DNA from: an uncultured Nitrospira sp. | Lineage (GTDB): Bacteria > Nitrospirota > Nitrospiria > Nitrospirales > Nitrospiraceae | Assembly: GCA_902500755.1 (NCBI GenBank) | Contig: CABVRV010000003.1 | Span: 9,471-73,470, forward strand | DNA: 64,000 bases | Direction of reading: 5' to 3' | Part shown: positions 56,009 through 64,000 of the stretch, in pieces | Layout of the letters: every line of letters starts with the position of its first letter | How positions within the stretch are numbered: position 1 is the stretch's first letter | Notes under the pieces: generated by a model | What the model saw: only the letters and a program-made list of their open reading frames with translations | What the model was told of the DNA's origin: nothing | Databases searched by the model: none | Position numbers and translations under genes: made by a program

Positions 56009-57646
56009 CTAGGCCACGACATTCAACAGGCCATGTCGTGCGCCACGAGCTTTGTCCTGCTGATCTGAATTGGACTCCCGTCCCATCCCATTCGAACCCT
56101 GATTCCATGGCTGTTCAGACTCCTGAGACGAACCCTGCTGAAACGAACGACCTCCGCTTTGACGATCGATGTCGACACGGAACTGCCCCATATCCAATCC
56201 GCTCGCCTGCAGCGCCGCTTGAAGTCGATCTTGACCGTTGATGAAGAATTGCCCGACTTCGAGTCGATCGGAGGAGAAATGGGTATGGACAAGATCATTG
56301 GTCATCGCAATACGAATATTCACATGCCCGAGGTCCGGTTGATTTACATTCACGACTACGGATCGCATCGCCGAATTCCCGGCTGATTGAGTCATCTCCT
56401 CTGCGCGTAGGCTCGGTTGCACATGAGTGCTGAACGAAGCTTGGGTGGAGGCAGCCGAAGCGGAAATGGACTGGCCAGGCACTCCACCTAATACCGACTC
56501 TCCCACTGAACCATTGCCGACCTGGTGATTGACAACGAACGTCTGGGGCACCTTTGTATCTCTATTACCCAACTGTCTCTTATCGTCATCCGACCATAGT
56601 TCGCTAGACGGTTCTGCTCCATCACTGCCTGGCTGATGTCCATGAGAAAAAGACTGCTCCGTACTCGTACCGAGCGTGTCATGATCACCAAGAGTGGCCA
56701 TATGCTGGGCTGACGGAATGGGGGTAGAATAATTGAGCGGTCTTCCATCATGTTTCAGTGTCTCGTCCTTGGCTCCTAGGGGGTTTTCCTCCAATGATGT
56801 CGTCCCGACATGGGCTTGAACAACGTGGGAAATATCCGGACCTTTCGGGGAAAGGGCTGAGCGAAGAAATGAATCTCCGGACGCAGATGAAGAATCACCA
56901 TGATCGACTGCTACTTTCCCACTGTCATTGACAGCCTCCGCTGCCGTTCCCTCGGCACCCTGGACTTCTAGCCCATCACTATTCGTCTGAACTTCCAACA
57001 GATTCGGTTGCTGTGTTGCCGGAGGATGCAATGGAGCACCGGCACTATTCGTAAAGGGAGCTCCGATAGCCTCAGGAGTTGTCCCGAAAGATTTGGTGGA
57101 TTCGTACGAGATCAACGGATGCTGGGAGTCCCTGTCCAGGCCAGTTGCGCCGTTCAATGGGTACGGTTCGGTCTCGGTCTGGACTTCTGCCTGGTCAACT
57201 ACCTGAGGCTCGGTTGGAATGGAACTTAGATTGGATATCGGAGCACTCCCTTGCTCCTGAGAACCAGACCCAACATCACTCTTTTGGGGTGACGATTCAA
57301 GATTGGTCTTCGTATCGTCGGTATTCTTGTCGTCACTGTTGTCGCTACTCGTTCTCTCAACTGCCTGAGAGGAGGAGCCATGAGACCGATCTGGTTGAGT
57401 CGAATCAGTGAGCCCTTTGGTCTCCTTCGCACGGGAGCCATCCTCGGCCTTGTCCACTAATCGAGCACCCTCCGCCTCGCGGACAGTGGCCTTCCCCTCC
57501 TCACCACGAACCGACCGAAGCACCGACAAAAACCCCTTCCGACCACTAACAGACTTGGGAGGAGTTTCGTCTCGTACCGCTCGTACACCACTGTCTCTAA
57601 GAGCCCCAGAGAGAGTGGGGAAGATGTCTGTTGGTATCAAAACCAC
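56009..57646 (-). CDS. fliK: Hook-length control protein FliK
   Basis: Long low-complexity S/T/E/G region; C-terminal QPDLGHVNIRI..LQAALQASGL; precedes flgD. Confidence 0.85.
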   Translation of the reverse strand: MVLIPTDIFPTLSGALRDSGVRAVRDETPPKSVSGRKGFLSVLRSVRGEEGKATVREAEGARLVDKAEDGSRAKETKGLTDSTQPDRSHGSSSQAVERTSSDNSDDKNTDDTKTNLESSPQKSDVGSGSQEQGSAPISNLSSIPTEPQVVDQAEVQTETEPYPLNGATGLDRDSQHPLISYESTKSFGTTPEAIGAPFTNSAGAPLHPPATQQPNLLEVQTNSDGLEVQGAEGTAAEAVNDSGKVAVDHGDSSSASGDSFLRSALSPKGPDISHVVQAHVGTTSLEENPLGAKDETLKHDGRPLNYSTPIPSAQHMATLGDHDTLGTSTEQSFSHGHQPGSDGAEPSSELWSDDDKRQLGNRDTKVPQTFVVNHQVGNGSVGESVLGGVPGQSISASAASTQASFSTHVQPSLRAEEMTQSAGNSAMRSVVVNVNQPDLGHVNIRIAMTNDLVHTHFSSDRLEVGQFFINGQDRLQAALQASGLDMGQFRVDIDRQSGGRSFQQGSSQESEQPWNQGSNGMGRESNSDQQDKARGARHGLLNVVA

Positions 57647-57681
57647 GTACGTCAGCCTCGTGTTGATTCGGCTGAGGGAAA

Positions 57682-57697
57682 TACAAGCCCCATGCCA
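57682..57697 (-). promoter_or_regulatory. sigma54 promoter for fliK-flgD-flgE
   Basis: Minus strand TGGCAT-GGGGC-TTGTA. Confidence 0.65.
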
Positions 57698-57723
57698 CCC
57701 CAGGATCCCTATGGCACGCTCAT

Positions 57724-57736
57724 TATCAAGTAGTTA
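57724..57736. promoter_or_regulatory. IHF-binding consensus upstream of the fliK sigma54 promoter
   Basis: TATCAAgtagTTA = WATCARN4TTR in an AT-rich patch 27 bp upstream of the -24 box. Confidence 0.5.
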
Positions 57737-57970
57737 TAAAAGAAGGGCGAGAAATCTATGGTGAGAGAGGAAAAGTTTATCGTGTAGTAGGCAAAAGTAA
57801 CCGGATAGGAGAACAGATTGGTTTCTTGCCGGTTACAGCGGTGCGTCAAACTGCGGTCGCGCCTGCATTGGACGCTCTTCTGGCCTCTATCGACCAACTT
57901 CCGCTTAGTCAATGTCTAAACACTGATCCTTCCACTATTACATTCTCATTCCTCGACACATACATAGCCT

Positions 57971-58579
57971 TTACGGCATCCATCGGCCGCTCAGGCTCAA
58001 AAGGCTAGCTGCAATGCTGACGATATGCCCTTGCTCGTCCAAAATCGGGATCAGCCAACCGGTTAGCGTGCCTTGGCCTTTGGCGCCGTTGAGAAAATTC
58101 ATCCGACCATTCAGCAGAAGCCCTGGAACAAAGTTCCCGCCTGGAGTGGCAAGACAGGTCGCACCATCTGGGGTCTCACATTCGACAGGAGTCGGACCGG
58201 TGCTTGACGCCATTGTGACATTCGCTTCATAGACGCCGGCAATCAAGCGAGCATGGATGCGGCCAGACTGAGTCGCGATAGGCACATTAGAATCGTACAT
58301 GATGACAAACGGCACACCTGCCGTTCCTCCAATTGATCCGGTGAGTGTGCCGGTAATCTGACGATCTCTCACGATGAATCGCCCGCTTTGACCGGCCGGA
58401 CGGACATCGCCGGTATCAATCGTCAAGATGGTACCACTCGCACTAAACGGTACGTGCGGCCCGGCGAATGCCGGCAGAGAAACACCCGCTAACCCAACGA
58501 TAATGGCGCAGACCCGAAGTACGCCACCACATAGAAATGTTCGCTCCGAACTGCAATGCGGCGTAATACCTTTATACAT
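57971..58579 (-). CDS. Hypothetical exported beta-rich protein
   Basis: 202 aa; Sec-type signal ending LPAFA|G; G/T-rich beta-strand pattern; two close Cys. Confidence 0.65.
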   Translation of the reverse strand: MYKGITPHCSSERTFLCGGVLRVCAIIVGLAGVSLPAFAGPHVPFSASGTILTIDTGDVRPAGQSGRFIVRDRQITGTLTGSIGGTAGVPFVIMYDSNVPIATQSGRIHARLIAGVYEANVTMASSTGPTPVECETPDGATCLATPGGNFVPGLLLNGRMNFLNGAKGQGTLTGWLIPILDEQGHIVSIAASLLSLSGRWMP

Positions 58580-58831
58580 AGCTACCCCCTTTCAAAACCA
58601 AGGACCTTCCACAATGATCTGGAGCAATACGTACTATACATTAACTTATTATTACGGAGATACGATAAAGTTGATCACGATCTGGAAGACCTCGTTCAGG
58701 AGAAGGCCGTGTCAGATTGGATACCCCTCGCCACACCTGTCTGTTGGCACACCACGCGCAAGGAGATGCCACAATGCGTTGGGACCTGATGGATTGAGAA
58801 CTGGAATTTTGTCTGGTATTGGACAAATGCT

Positions 58832-59593
58832 CTACGGCATCTGTGCCAACAACTGCTCGGTGAGTTTAGCGGCCCGATCCGCTTTGACCTGGGAAAGAAT
58901 CGCTCCGGCGGTCTTTGATTTTACCAGGCGGAGGATTTCAAGCGCCCTTCGATCCGGCATACGTTCCAGACGCGCAGCCGCGTCTTCCGATGGCATAGAC
59001 TCGTACATCTTCGCAAGCCGTGTCCGTTCCTCTTGTGCCAGACGTTCCTTCTCTACATTGACTTTGGCCTGGGATCGGTCTTCTTTGGCCTGGGCGCTTT
59101 GAATCTTCTTCTCCAAGGCTTCGTTTTGTTCTAACAATTCCTCGATCTGGATTCTCACGATCATGAGCCGTTGCTCGTTGTGACGGATCGCCTCTTCCCG
59201 CTGATCCAGATCACGCTTACGCTGCTCCAGCATTTCCAGTACTTCGCGCGGAACATCGATCGCGGGTCCCTGACTTGCCGGAGGGGCCAGCAACTTGGCG
59301 TCATCCCGCACCTCCGATTCGTTCTTCTCTCCCGGCGGAACAGGAGGGACCGCATCCAGGTTCGAAGATGTCTGGGACATCGATGAAACCTTGGATTTAG
59401 GTTCGGACGAGGCTTGCCCCAATTGCACCATGGCCCACAACAGAATAGTCGAACCAAAGACTCCCCCAATCAGTGTCCAGAGAGAAGCGTGTCGATTCGA
59501 TCTCGACGTCGAGTCCTGAGTTCTCTGACTGACAACACGGAATCGCTCTTTTATCGGATTGGTGGGAGATGAATTCATACACCCCGCTCTCAT
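58832..59593 (-). CDS. MotE/FlbB(YlxF)-like flagellar protein (TM, coiled coil, MgtE_N)
   Basis: LAKMYESMPSEDAAARL..AGAILSQV; directly after fliJ. Confidence 0.8.
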   Translation of the reverse strand: MRAGCMNSSPTNPIKERFRVVSQRTQDSTSRSNRHASLWTLIGGVFGSTILLWAMVQLGQASSEPKSKVSSMSQTSSNLDAVPPVPPGEKNESEVRDDAKLLAPPASQGPAIDVPREVLEMLEQRKRDLDQREEAIRHNEQRLMIVRIQIEELLEQNEALEKKIQSAQAKEDRSQAKVNVEKERLAQEERTRLAKMYESMPSEDAAARLERMPDRRALEILRLVKSKTAGAILSQVKADRAAKLTEQLLAQMP

Positions 59594-60015
59594 TGCAACA
59601 AATAACGACGGCTCGCGGCCTCATCCGTCGCTCGCTGTTCCTGACGGGCCAAATCGGCACATTGTGTGGCCTTGCGTCGATCGAGAATACGATCGAGCAA
59701 CTTGCACTCCTGATTCGCTTCGACAAGGAGATTGTTGGTGCGCTGCCATGACACGGTGGTCTGCTCAATCACGAGATACGCCTGGCGCAAAGCCGCCTGC
59801 TGCGAATGCATACGCGCCTGCCACTCCAACATGGCCTCTATGGTCATGCCTTGCTTCGCTTGTTGACTATATGTATCGGCATCTTCCAACATTTCGATTT
59901 CCATCCCGCGATATCGTTCTTCGCTGCGAGAAAGGGATCGGGCGATCTGGCCCAATTCCATCATGAGAGCCTCCACCGCCTGCCCGCGCAGCTTCCGCAA
60001 CGAGTCAAGGCTCAT
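59590..60015 (-). CDS. fliJ: FliJ
   Basis: Helical coiled coil after fliI; LVEANQECKLLDRIL, EQRATDE. Confidence 0.8.
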   Translation of the reverse strand: MSLDSLRKLRGQAVEALMMELGQIARSLSRSEERYRGMEIEMLEDADTYSQQAKQGMTIEAMLEWQARMHSQQAALRQAYLVIEQTTVSWQRTNNLLVEANQECKLLDRILDRRKATQCADLARQEQRATDEAASRRYLLQ

Positions 60016-61319
60016 GTGGCTTTCTTGGCCAGCATCTCAAGCTGCTGTGCAGATGAGGCGAAGCTGGCCGCTTGATCAATGTCTTGGCGCAAATACCCGT
60101 TGATCGCGTCCTGAGCGTCAACGGCGCGGTCAAGGACAGCATTCATCCCTGGTTTGTAGGCGCCAAGTAGAACCAAGTCCTCAGATTGTCGGTATCGAGC
60201 GACCAATTCCAGAAGCCGCCTGGCCGCATCGTAGTGTGAACGGTCGACGATATCCCGCATGACACGGCTGGTGCTTTGGAGCAGATCAATCGCGGGAAAA
60301 TGATTGCGTGCCGCCAGTGTCCGAGAGAGGACGATATGGCCATCTAAGATCGACCGGACCGTATCGGCAATTGGATCGTTCAGATCATCTCCATCGACAA
60401 GCACGGTGTACAGTCCAGTTATGGTCCCGGGGCCGGGACCCGTCCCCACACGTTCCAACAGCTTCGGCAAGAATGCGAATACCGAGGGGGTATAGCCTTT
60501 CGTCGTCGGAGGTTCTCCGATCGCGAGCCCAACTTCTCGCTGACTGTAGGCTAATCGCGTCAATGAGTCCATGAGCAACAAGACGTGCTTTCCTGCATCA
60601 CGAAAATACTCGGCAATGGTCGTCGCCACCAGTGCAGCCCGGAGCCGGACGAGCGGAGCCTGGTCGGAAGTCGCCACGACTACGACGGAGCGCGAGAGCG
60701 CCTCAGGATCGAGATCGCGCTCTAAAAATTCGTTGACCTCTCGACCTCGCTCTCCGATCAACGCAATGACATTCACATCCGCTTGTGTGTAGCGGCTGAT
60801 CATCCCCAGCAACACGCTCTTGCCGACACCCGAACCGGAGAAAATCCCCATCTTTTGACCACGACCACACGTAAGAAAGCCGTTGATCGCACGCACGCCG
60901 AGATCAAGCGGAGCTTGGACCCGGGATCGTTGCAACGGGTTCGGAGCCTCGGCGTGAAGCGGGTACCTGACAATCGTCGCTGGCATGCCCTTGCCATCGA
61001 GCGGATTCCCGCATCCATCGAGAACACGCCCCAGCAAGCCTGGCCCGACAGCCAGGTCGGCGACATGGCCCGTCATGGTAATTCGACTCCCTGGCCCAAT
61101 ACCCTGCATTTCTCCCAAGGGCATCAACAGCACGCGATCCCCACGGAACCCCACGACTTCCGCAGTAATCGGTCCATCACCGACCTCCCGGGTAATCCGG
61201 CACAGCTCGCCAACCGTCGTCATGGGCCCGTACCCTTCCACGACCATTCCCACCGCTTGCGCCACTCTTCCCGACACTTCGATCGGGTCGATGTGTTCAA
61301 GGAGCCGACTAAGACTCAC
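60012..61319 (-). CDS. fliI: Export ATPase FliI
   Basis: GIFSGSGVGKS, LIGERGRE, LLLMDSLTR, GEPPTTKGY. Confidence 0.97.
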   Translation of the reverse strand: MSLSRLLEHIDPIEVSGRVAQAVGMVVEGYGPMTTVGELCRITREVGDGPITAEVVGFRGDRVLLMPLGEMQGIGPGSRITMTGHVADLAVGPGLLGRVLDGCGNPLDGKGMPATIVRYPLHAEAPNPLQRSRVQAPLDLGVRAINGFLTCGRGQKMGIFSGSGVGKSVLLGMISRYTQADVNVIALIGERGREVNEFLERDLDPEALSRSVVVVATSDQAPLVRLRAALVATTIAEYFRDAGKHVLLLMDSLTRLAYSQREVGLAIGEPPTTKGYTPSVFAFLPKLLERVGTGPGPGTITGLYTVLVDGDDLNDPIADTVRSILDGHIVLSRTLAARNHFPAIDLLQSTSRVMRDIVDRSHYDAARRLLELVARYRQSEDLVLLGAYKPGMNAVLDRAVDAQDAINGYLRQDIDQAASFASSAQQLEMLAKKAT

Positions 61320-62334
61320 GATGGCTCCTGTTCCTCAAGGCATCGCCCAACCGGAGTAACTGCGTATCAAGGGACGCATCCACCATTCTGGTGCCGGTAT
61401 GCACAAGACAACTTCCACGTGGGAGCGAGGCCACCGGTTCGATGGTGAGCATCAGTGCGGGATCCCGTTGCCTTTCCAGTTCTGCTCGAACCGCCTCAAG
61501 GACGGCTGCATCCAGCGGATGCGCCTGTATCATTAACGCACCCGGCTCTCGAACAGCACCTAATGCGTCCTTCACCTGTATGACAATGTGTTCCCGATTC
61601 GACTCGGCCGACTCGTGAAGAATTTTCGAGACGATCTGAAGCGACAAGGCAATCACCTCGTCCTCGACTGTCCGCTGCAATTTTGATCGAGCCGCATCGA
61701 ATTTCCGAGCCGCATCGATCAACACGACCAGATCATGCCGACGCTCTTCTTCCATCCGCCGTTGTCCATCCGCGACGCCACGCTCGTATTCCGACGAGCC
61801 GTCGTCCTGCGCCGCCGCACCGTCTTCCCCAAACGTCTGAAATGGAGAAGTGTGCAGCCGTACCATACCGGACCGAACTGCCGCATGCTTTAAGACGGTA
61901 TTTTCGGCGCGCAACTGATGGAGTTCCAACAATCGCCGCACGGTGTTCAGCACGATTTCTGACTGGAAGGGCTTGACCAAAAAGTCAATGGCCCCGGCCT
62001 TCATCGCGCGGACTGCGAGTTCAACCGTTCCTGCTCCTGTCATCACCACACCGATGATCCGACTATCAATCTTCTGGGCTTCCTCAAGAACCGTAATCCC
62101 ATCTTGATCTGGCAGCAACACATCGGCAATCAAGAGAGCTGGAGCTTGCTGCTTGACCATCGCAATCGCTTCTTGCCCGGAACTGGCGACTCGAACGGAT
62201 ACTGGTTCCGGTCGGAACAGTTCAAGAAATAGGTTGCGAATCCCCTCTTCATCATCGACGATGAGGATCGTCCCCTGCGGTCGAGCGAGTTCATGTTCCC
62301 GAAACGTCTCCGCTGATATCGCCGAACCCTTCAC
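61309..62334 (-). CDS. fliH: FliH with N-terminal response-regulator receiver domain (REC-FliH fusion)
   Basis: Between fliG and fliI; REC ILIVDD..LIADVLLPDQDG..MTG..LVKPF; FliH YERGVADG, IQAHPLD, LPRGSCLVHTGTRMVDASLDTQL. Confidence 0.88.
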   Translation of the reverse strand: MKGSAISAETFREHELARPQGTILIVDDEEGIRNLFLELFRPEPVSVRVASSGQEAIAMVKQQAPALLIADVLLPDQDGITVLEEAQKIDSRIIGVVMTGAGTVELAVRAMKAGAIDFLVKPFQSEIVLNTVRRLLELHQLRAENTVLKHAAVRSGMVRLHTSPFQTFGEDGAAAQDDGSSEYERGVADGQRRMEEERRHDLVVLIDAARKFDAARSKLQRTVEDEVIALSLQIVSKILHESAESNREHIVIQVKDALGAVREPGALMIQAHPLDAAVLEAVRAELERQRDPALMLTIEPVASLPRGSCLVHTGTRMVDASLDTQLLRLGDALRNRSHRES

Positions 62335-63326
62335 TACAACATCTCCTCTCCGACGCCGGCGATCACGATACGGCCTTCCTCTTCGAGTTTTCGGCAGACT
62401 TTGAGGATATTCTGTTGAGCTCGTTCGACATCCGAAATCTTGACCGGCCCCCGTGTCTCCATATCATCTTTCAACATTTCGGCGGCACGGCTGGACATAT
62501 TTTTGAAGAATTTCTCTTTCACGTCGGGATTGGCGCCGCGCAGCGCAACCGGAAGGTCGTCTTTGCTGATCTCTTTCATCAACTCTTGCATCCCTCGATC
62601 ATCGACTTTCACGATGTCGTCAAACACAAACATGAGCGCTCGAATATTATCGGCGAGGGTTTGGCTTTTTTCTGAAATTCTGGTCATGATCCCGCCTTCA
62701 TTCGTCTTATCCATCCGCATCAAAATATTGGCGATGACCTCGGCCCCTCCGACGCTATGAGCTCCCATTTCTTTGCTTTCCAAGATGGCTTCTTGCAACG
62801 TTTCACTCAGTTCCTCCAGGACGTCCGGCTGCACTTCCTCCATCGTGGCAAGTCGAAGCGCCACATCTCCTCGCATCTCCTCCGGCAGAGCACACAGCAC
62901 TTGCCCGGCTTGGTCGCTCTCCAAATGGGCGAGAACCACCGCGACCGTTTGTGCATGTTCGACCTTCAACATTTGAGTCAGGGTTTTCACGTCCACCCAT
63001 TTCAACGCTTCCAGACCCGGATAGCTTTTCTGCGTCATCGATTCGATGACCCGCGCCGCCTTGTCCGGTCCCAGTGCTTTGGTCAGCACCGTCTTGATGA
63101 ATTCTTTTCCATGAAACTGAACTCCCCCCGTCGCACTCGCCGTTTGAAAATCTGAAATGACCGCCTCTTCCTCGTCTCGTGAAATCTGCGCCGTTCCGCT
63201 CATGAAGCTCCCCAATTTCTTGATTTCCTTCGGGTCAAGTTGTTTCATAACTTGGGCGGCGGCCTCTTCACCGATGGCGCGAAGGAGAATGGCCGCTTTC
63301 TGTTCGCCCGTCAAATTCTTTGCCAT
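62334..63326 (-). CDS. fliG: Rotor protein FliG
   Basis: QKAAILL, MFVFDDI, KNMSSRAA, GPVKISDVERAQ; start inferred at ATG 63326. Confidence 0.97.
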   Translation of the reverse strand: MAKNLTGEQKAAILLRAIGEEAAAQVMKQLDPKEIKKLGSFMSGTAQISRDEEEAVISDFQTASATGGVQFHGKEFIKTVLTKALGPDKAARVIESMTQKSYPGLEALKWVDVKTLTQMLKVEHAQTVAVVLAHLESDQAGQVLCALPEEMRGDVALRLATMEEVQPDVLEELSETLQEAILESKEMGAHSVGGAEVIANILMRMDKTNEGGIMTRISEKSQTLADNIRALMFVFDDIVKVDDRGMQELMKEISKDDLPVALRGANPDVKEKFFKNMSSRAAEMLKDDMETRGPVKISDVERAQQNILKVCRKLEEEGRIVIAGVGEEML

Positions 63327-63333
63327 CTCTGCG

Positions 63334-64000
63334 TTAGGTTGGATTCTTGAGCCACTGTTTGACGACAACGGCGGTCGTATCAGGATTCTTTCTGGCCATG
63401 TCGATGATCTGTGCCCGATCCGGAGCGTGTGTTAATGACCCCTCGGTCATCCCAGCCCGACCAGGGAGTGCGGAGACCGACGCTTCGGCCTGCATTTGCT
63501 CGGTCGTCGATCCCAACATCGCCAGCAGCGGACGGACGACAAACAGGAGGATCACCGTGAACAGAAGGATTCCTACACCATAACGAAGATAGGGCAACCA
63601 TGCTTTGGGACCTTCCGCTGTCGCTTCTGCCACAATACCTTGCGGTTCATCGGGTCCCGCCCCAAATTGAACATTGACCACTTGTACCTGATCCTGCCGC
63701 TCAGCTGAATAGCCCATTGCTTTTTTGACGATGTCCTCGATTCGTTTTAAGTCCTCTTCCGAACGCGGAATATATTTTCGCGCCGCGGCTGGTGCGTCTG
63801 TTGCCTCCCCTTCACCGGTTTTACTAGGTTCATACATGCCGTCGACGAGGACGGCCACGGAAAGTTGCTTGATCACACCGACAGGCTCCACAATTTTTGA
63901 GACGGTTCGACTGATCTCGTAGTTCACGGTCTCGTTTTTCGTTTGGCTGTTGTTTGAACTCGTTTGCGCAGGCTCCTGGTCTGTCCCTGGCGGCACGTTC
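63334..64000 (-). CDS. fliF: MS-ring FliF, C-terminal part (5' end beyond the window)
   Basis: ETVNYEISRTV, LSVAVLVDG, AMGYSAERQDQVQVVN, TM helix, VVKQWL. Confidence 0.93.
   Translation of the reverse strand, partial: NVPPGTDQEPAQTSSNNSQTKNETVNYEISRTVSKIVEPVGVIKQLSVAVLVDGMYEPSKTGEGEATDAPAAARKYIPRSEEDLKRIEDIVKKAMGYSAERQDQVQVVNVQFGAGPDEPQGIVAEATAEGPKAWLPYLRYGVGILLFTVILLFVVRPLLAMLGSTTEQMQAEASVSALPGRAGMTEGSLTHAPDRAQIIDMARKNPDTTAVVVKQWLKNPT

Noticed and set aside
58428-59102. 224-aa + strand ORF and short ORFs at 58556-58826, as an IS remnant
   Set aside because: Overlap real minus-strand genes; no DDE/HUH motif or terminal inverted repeats
1-64000. CRISPR arrays, tRNA/rRNA genes, transposases
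   Set aside because: None seen; the heptamer elements have no spacer structure and no cas genes are present

Overview
A near-complete polar-flagellum supercluster, almost all on the minus strand, running from the 3' end of fliF (cut by the right edge) to motA/motB. Gene order and protein style suggest a Nitrospira-like bacterium (inference). The left edge holds the tail of a type II secretion operon (gspL-gspM-gspK, + strand). The structural genes are interleaved with a flagellin-glycosylation-type island, c-di-GMP genes (two PilZ proteins, an HD-GYP protein, a broken diguanylate cyclase), csrA-fliW, a soluble hybrid kinase, and a sigma28-driven partner-switching operon (2x STAS, REC-PP2C, Hpt, REC-Ser kinase). 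The promoter hierarchy can be read from the DNA: about 8 sigma28 boxes (TCAAG-N14/15-GCCGAYAA-like) and 5 sigma54 boxes. The most unusual features are an NtrC-type receiver domain fused to FliH, a 64-aa CheZ C-terminal remnant, an HptB/HsbR/HsbA-like module with split architecture, a domain shared by FlgK and FlgL, and intergenic heptamer repeat elements. No rRNA, tRNA, CRISPR array or intact mobile element was seen. All product calls come from motif recognition by eye; no database search was run.
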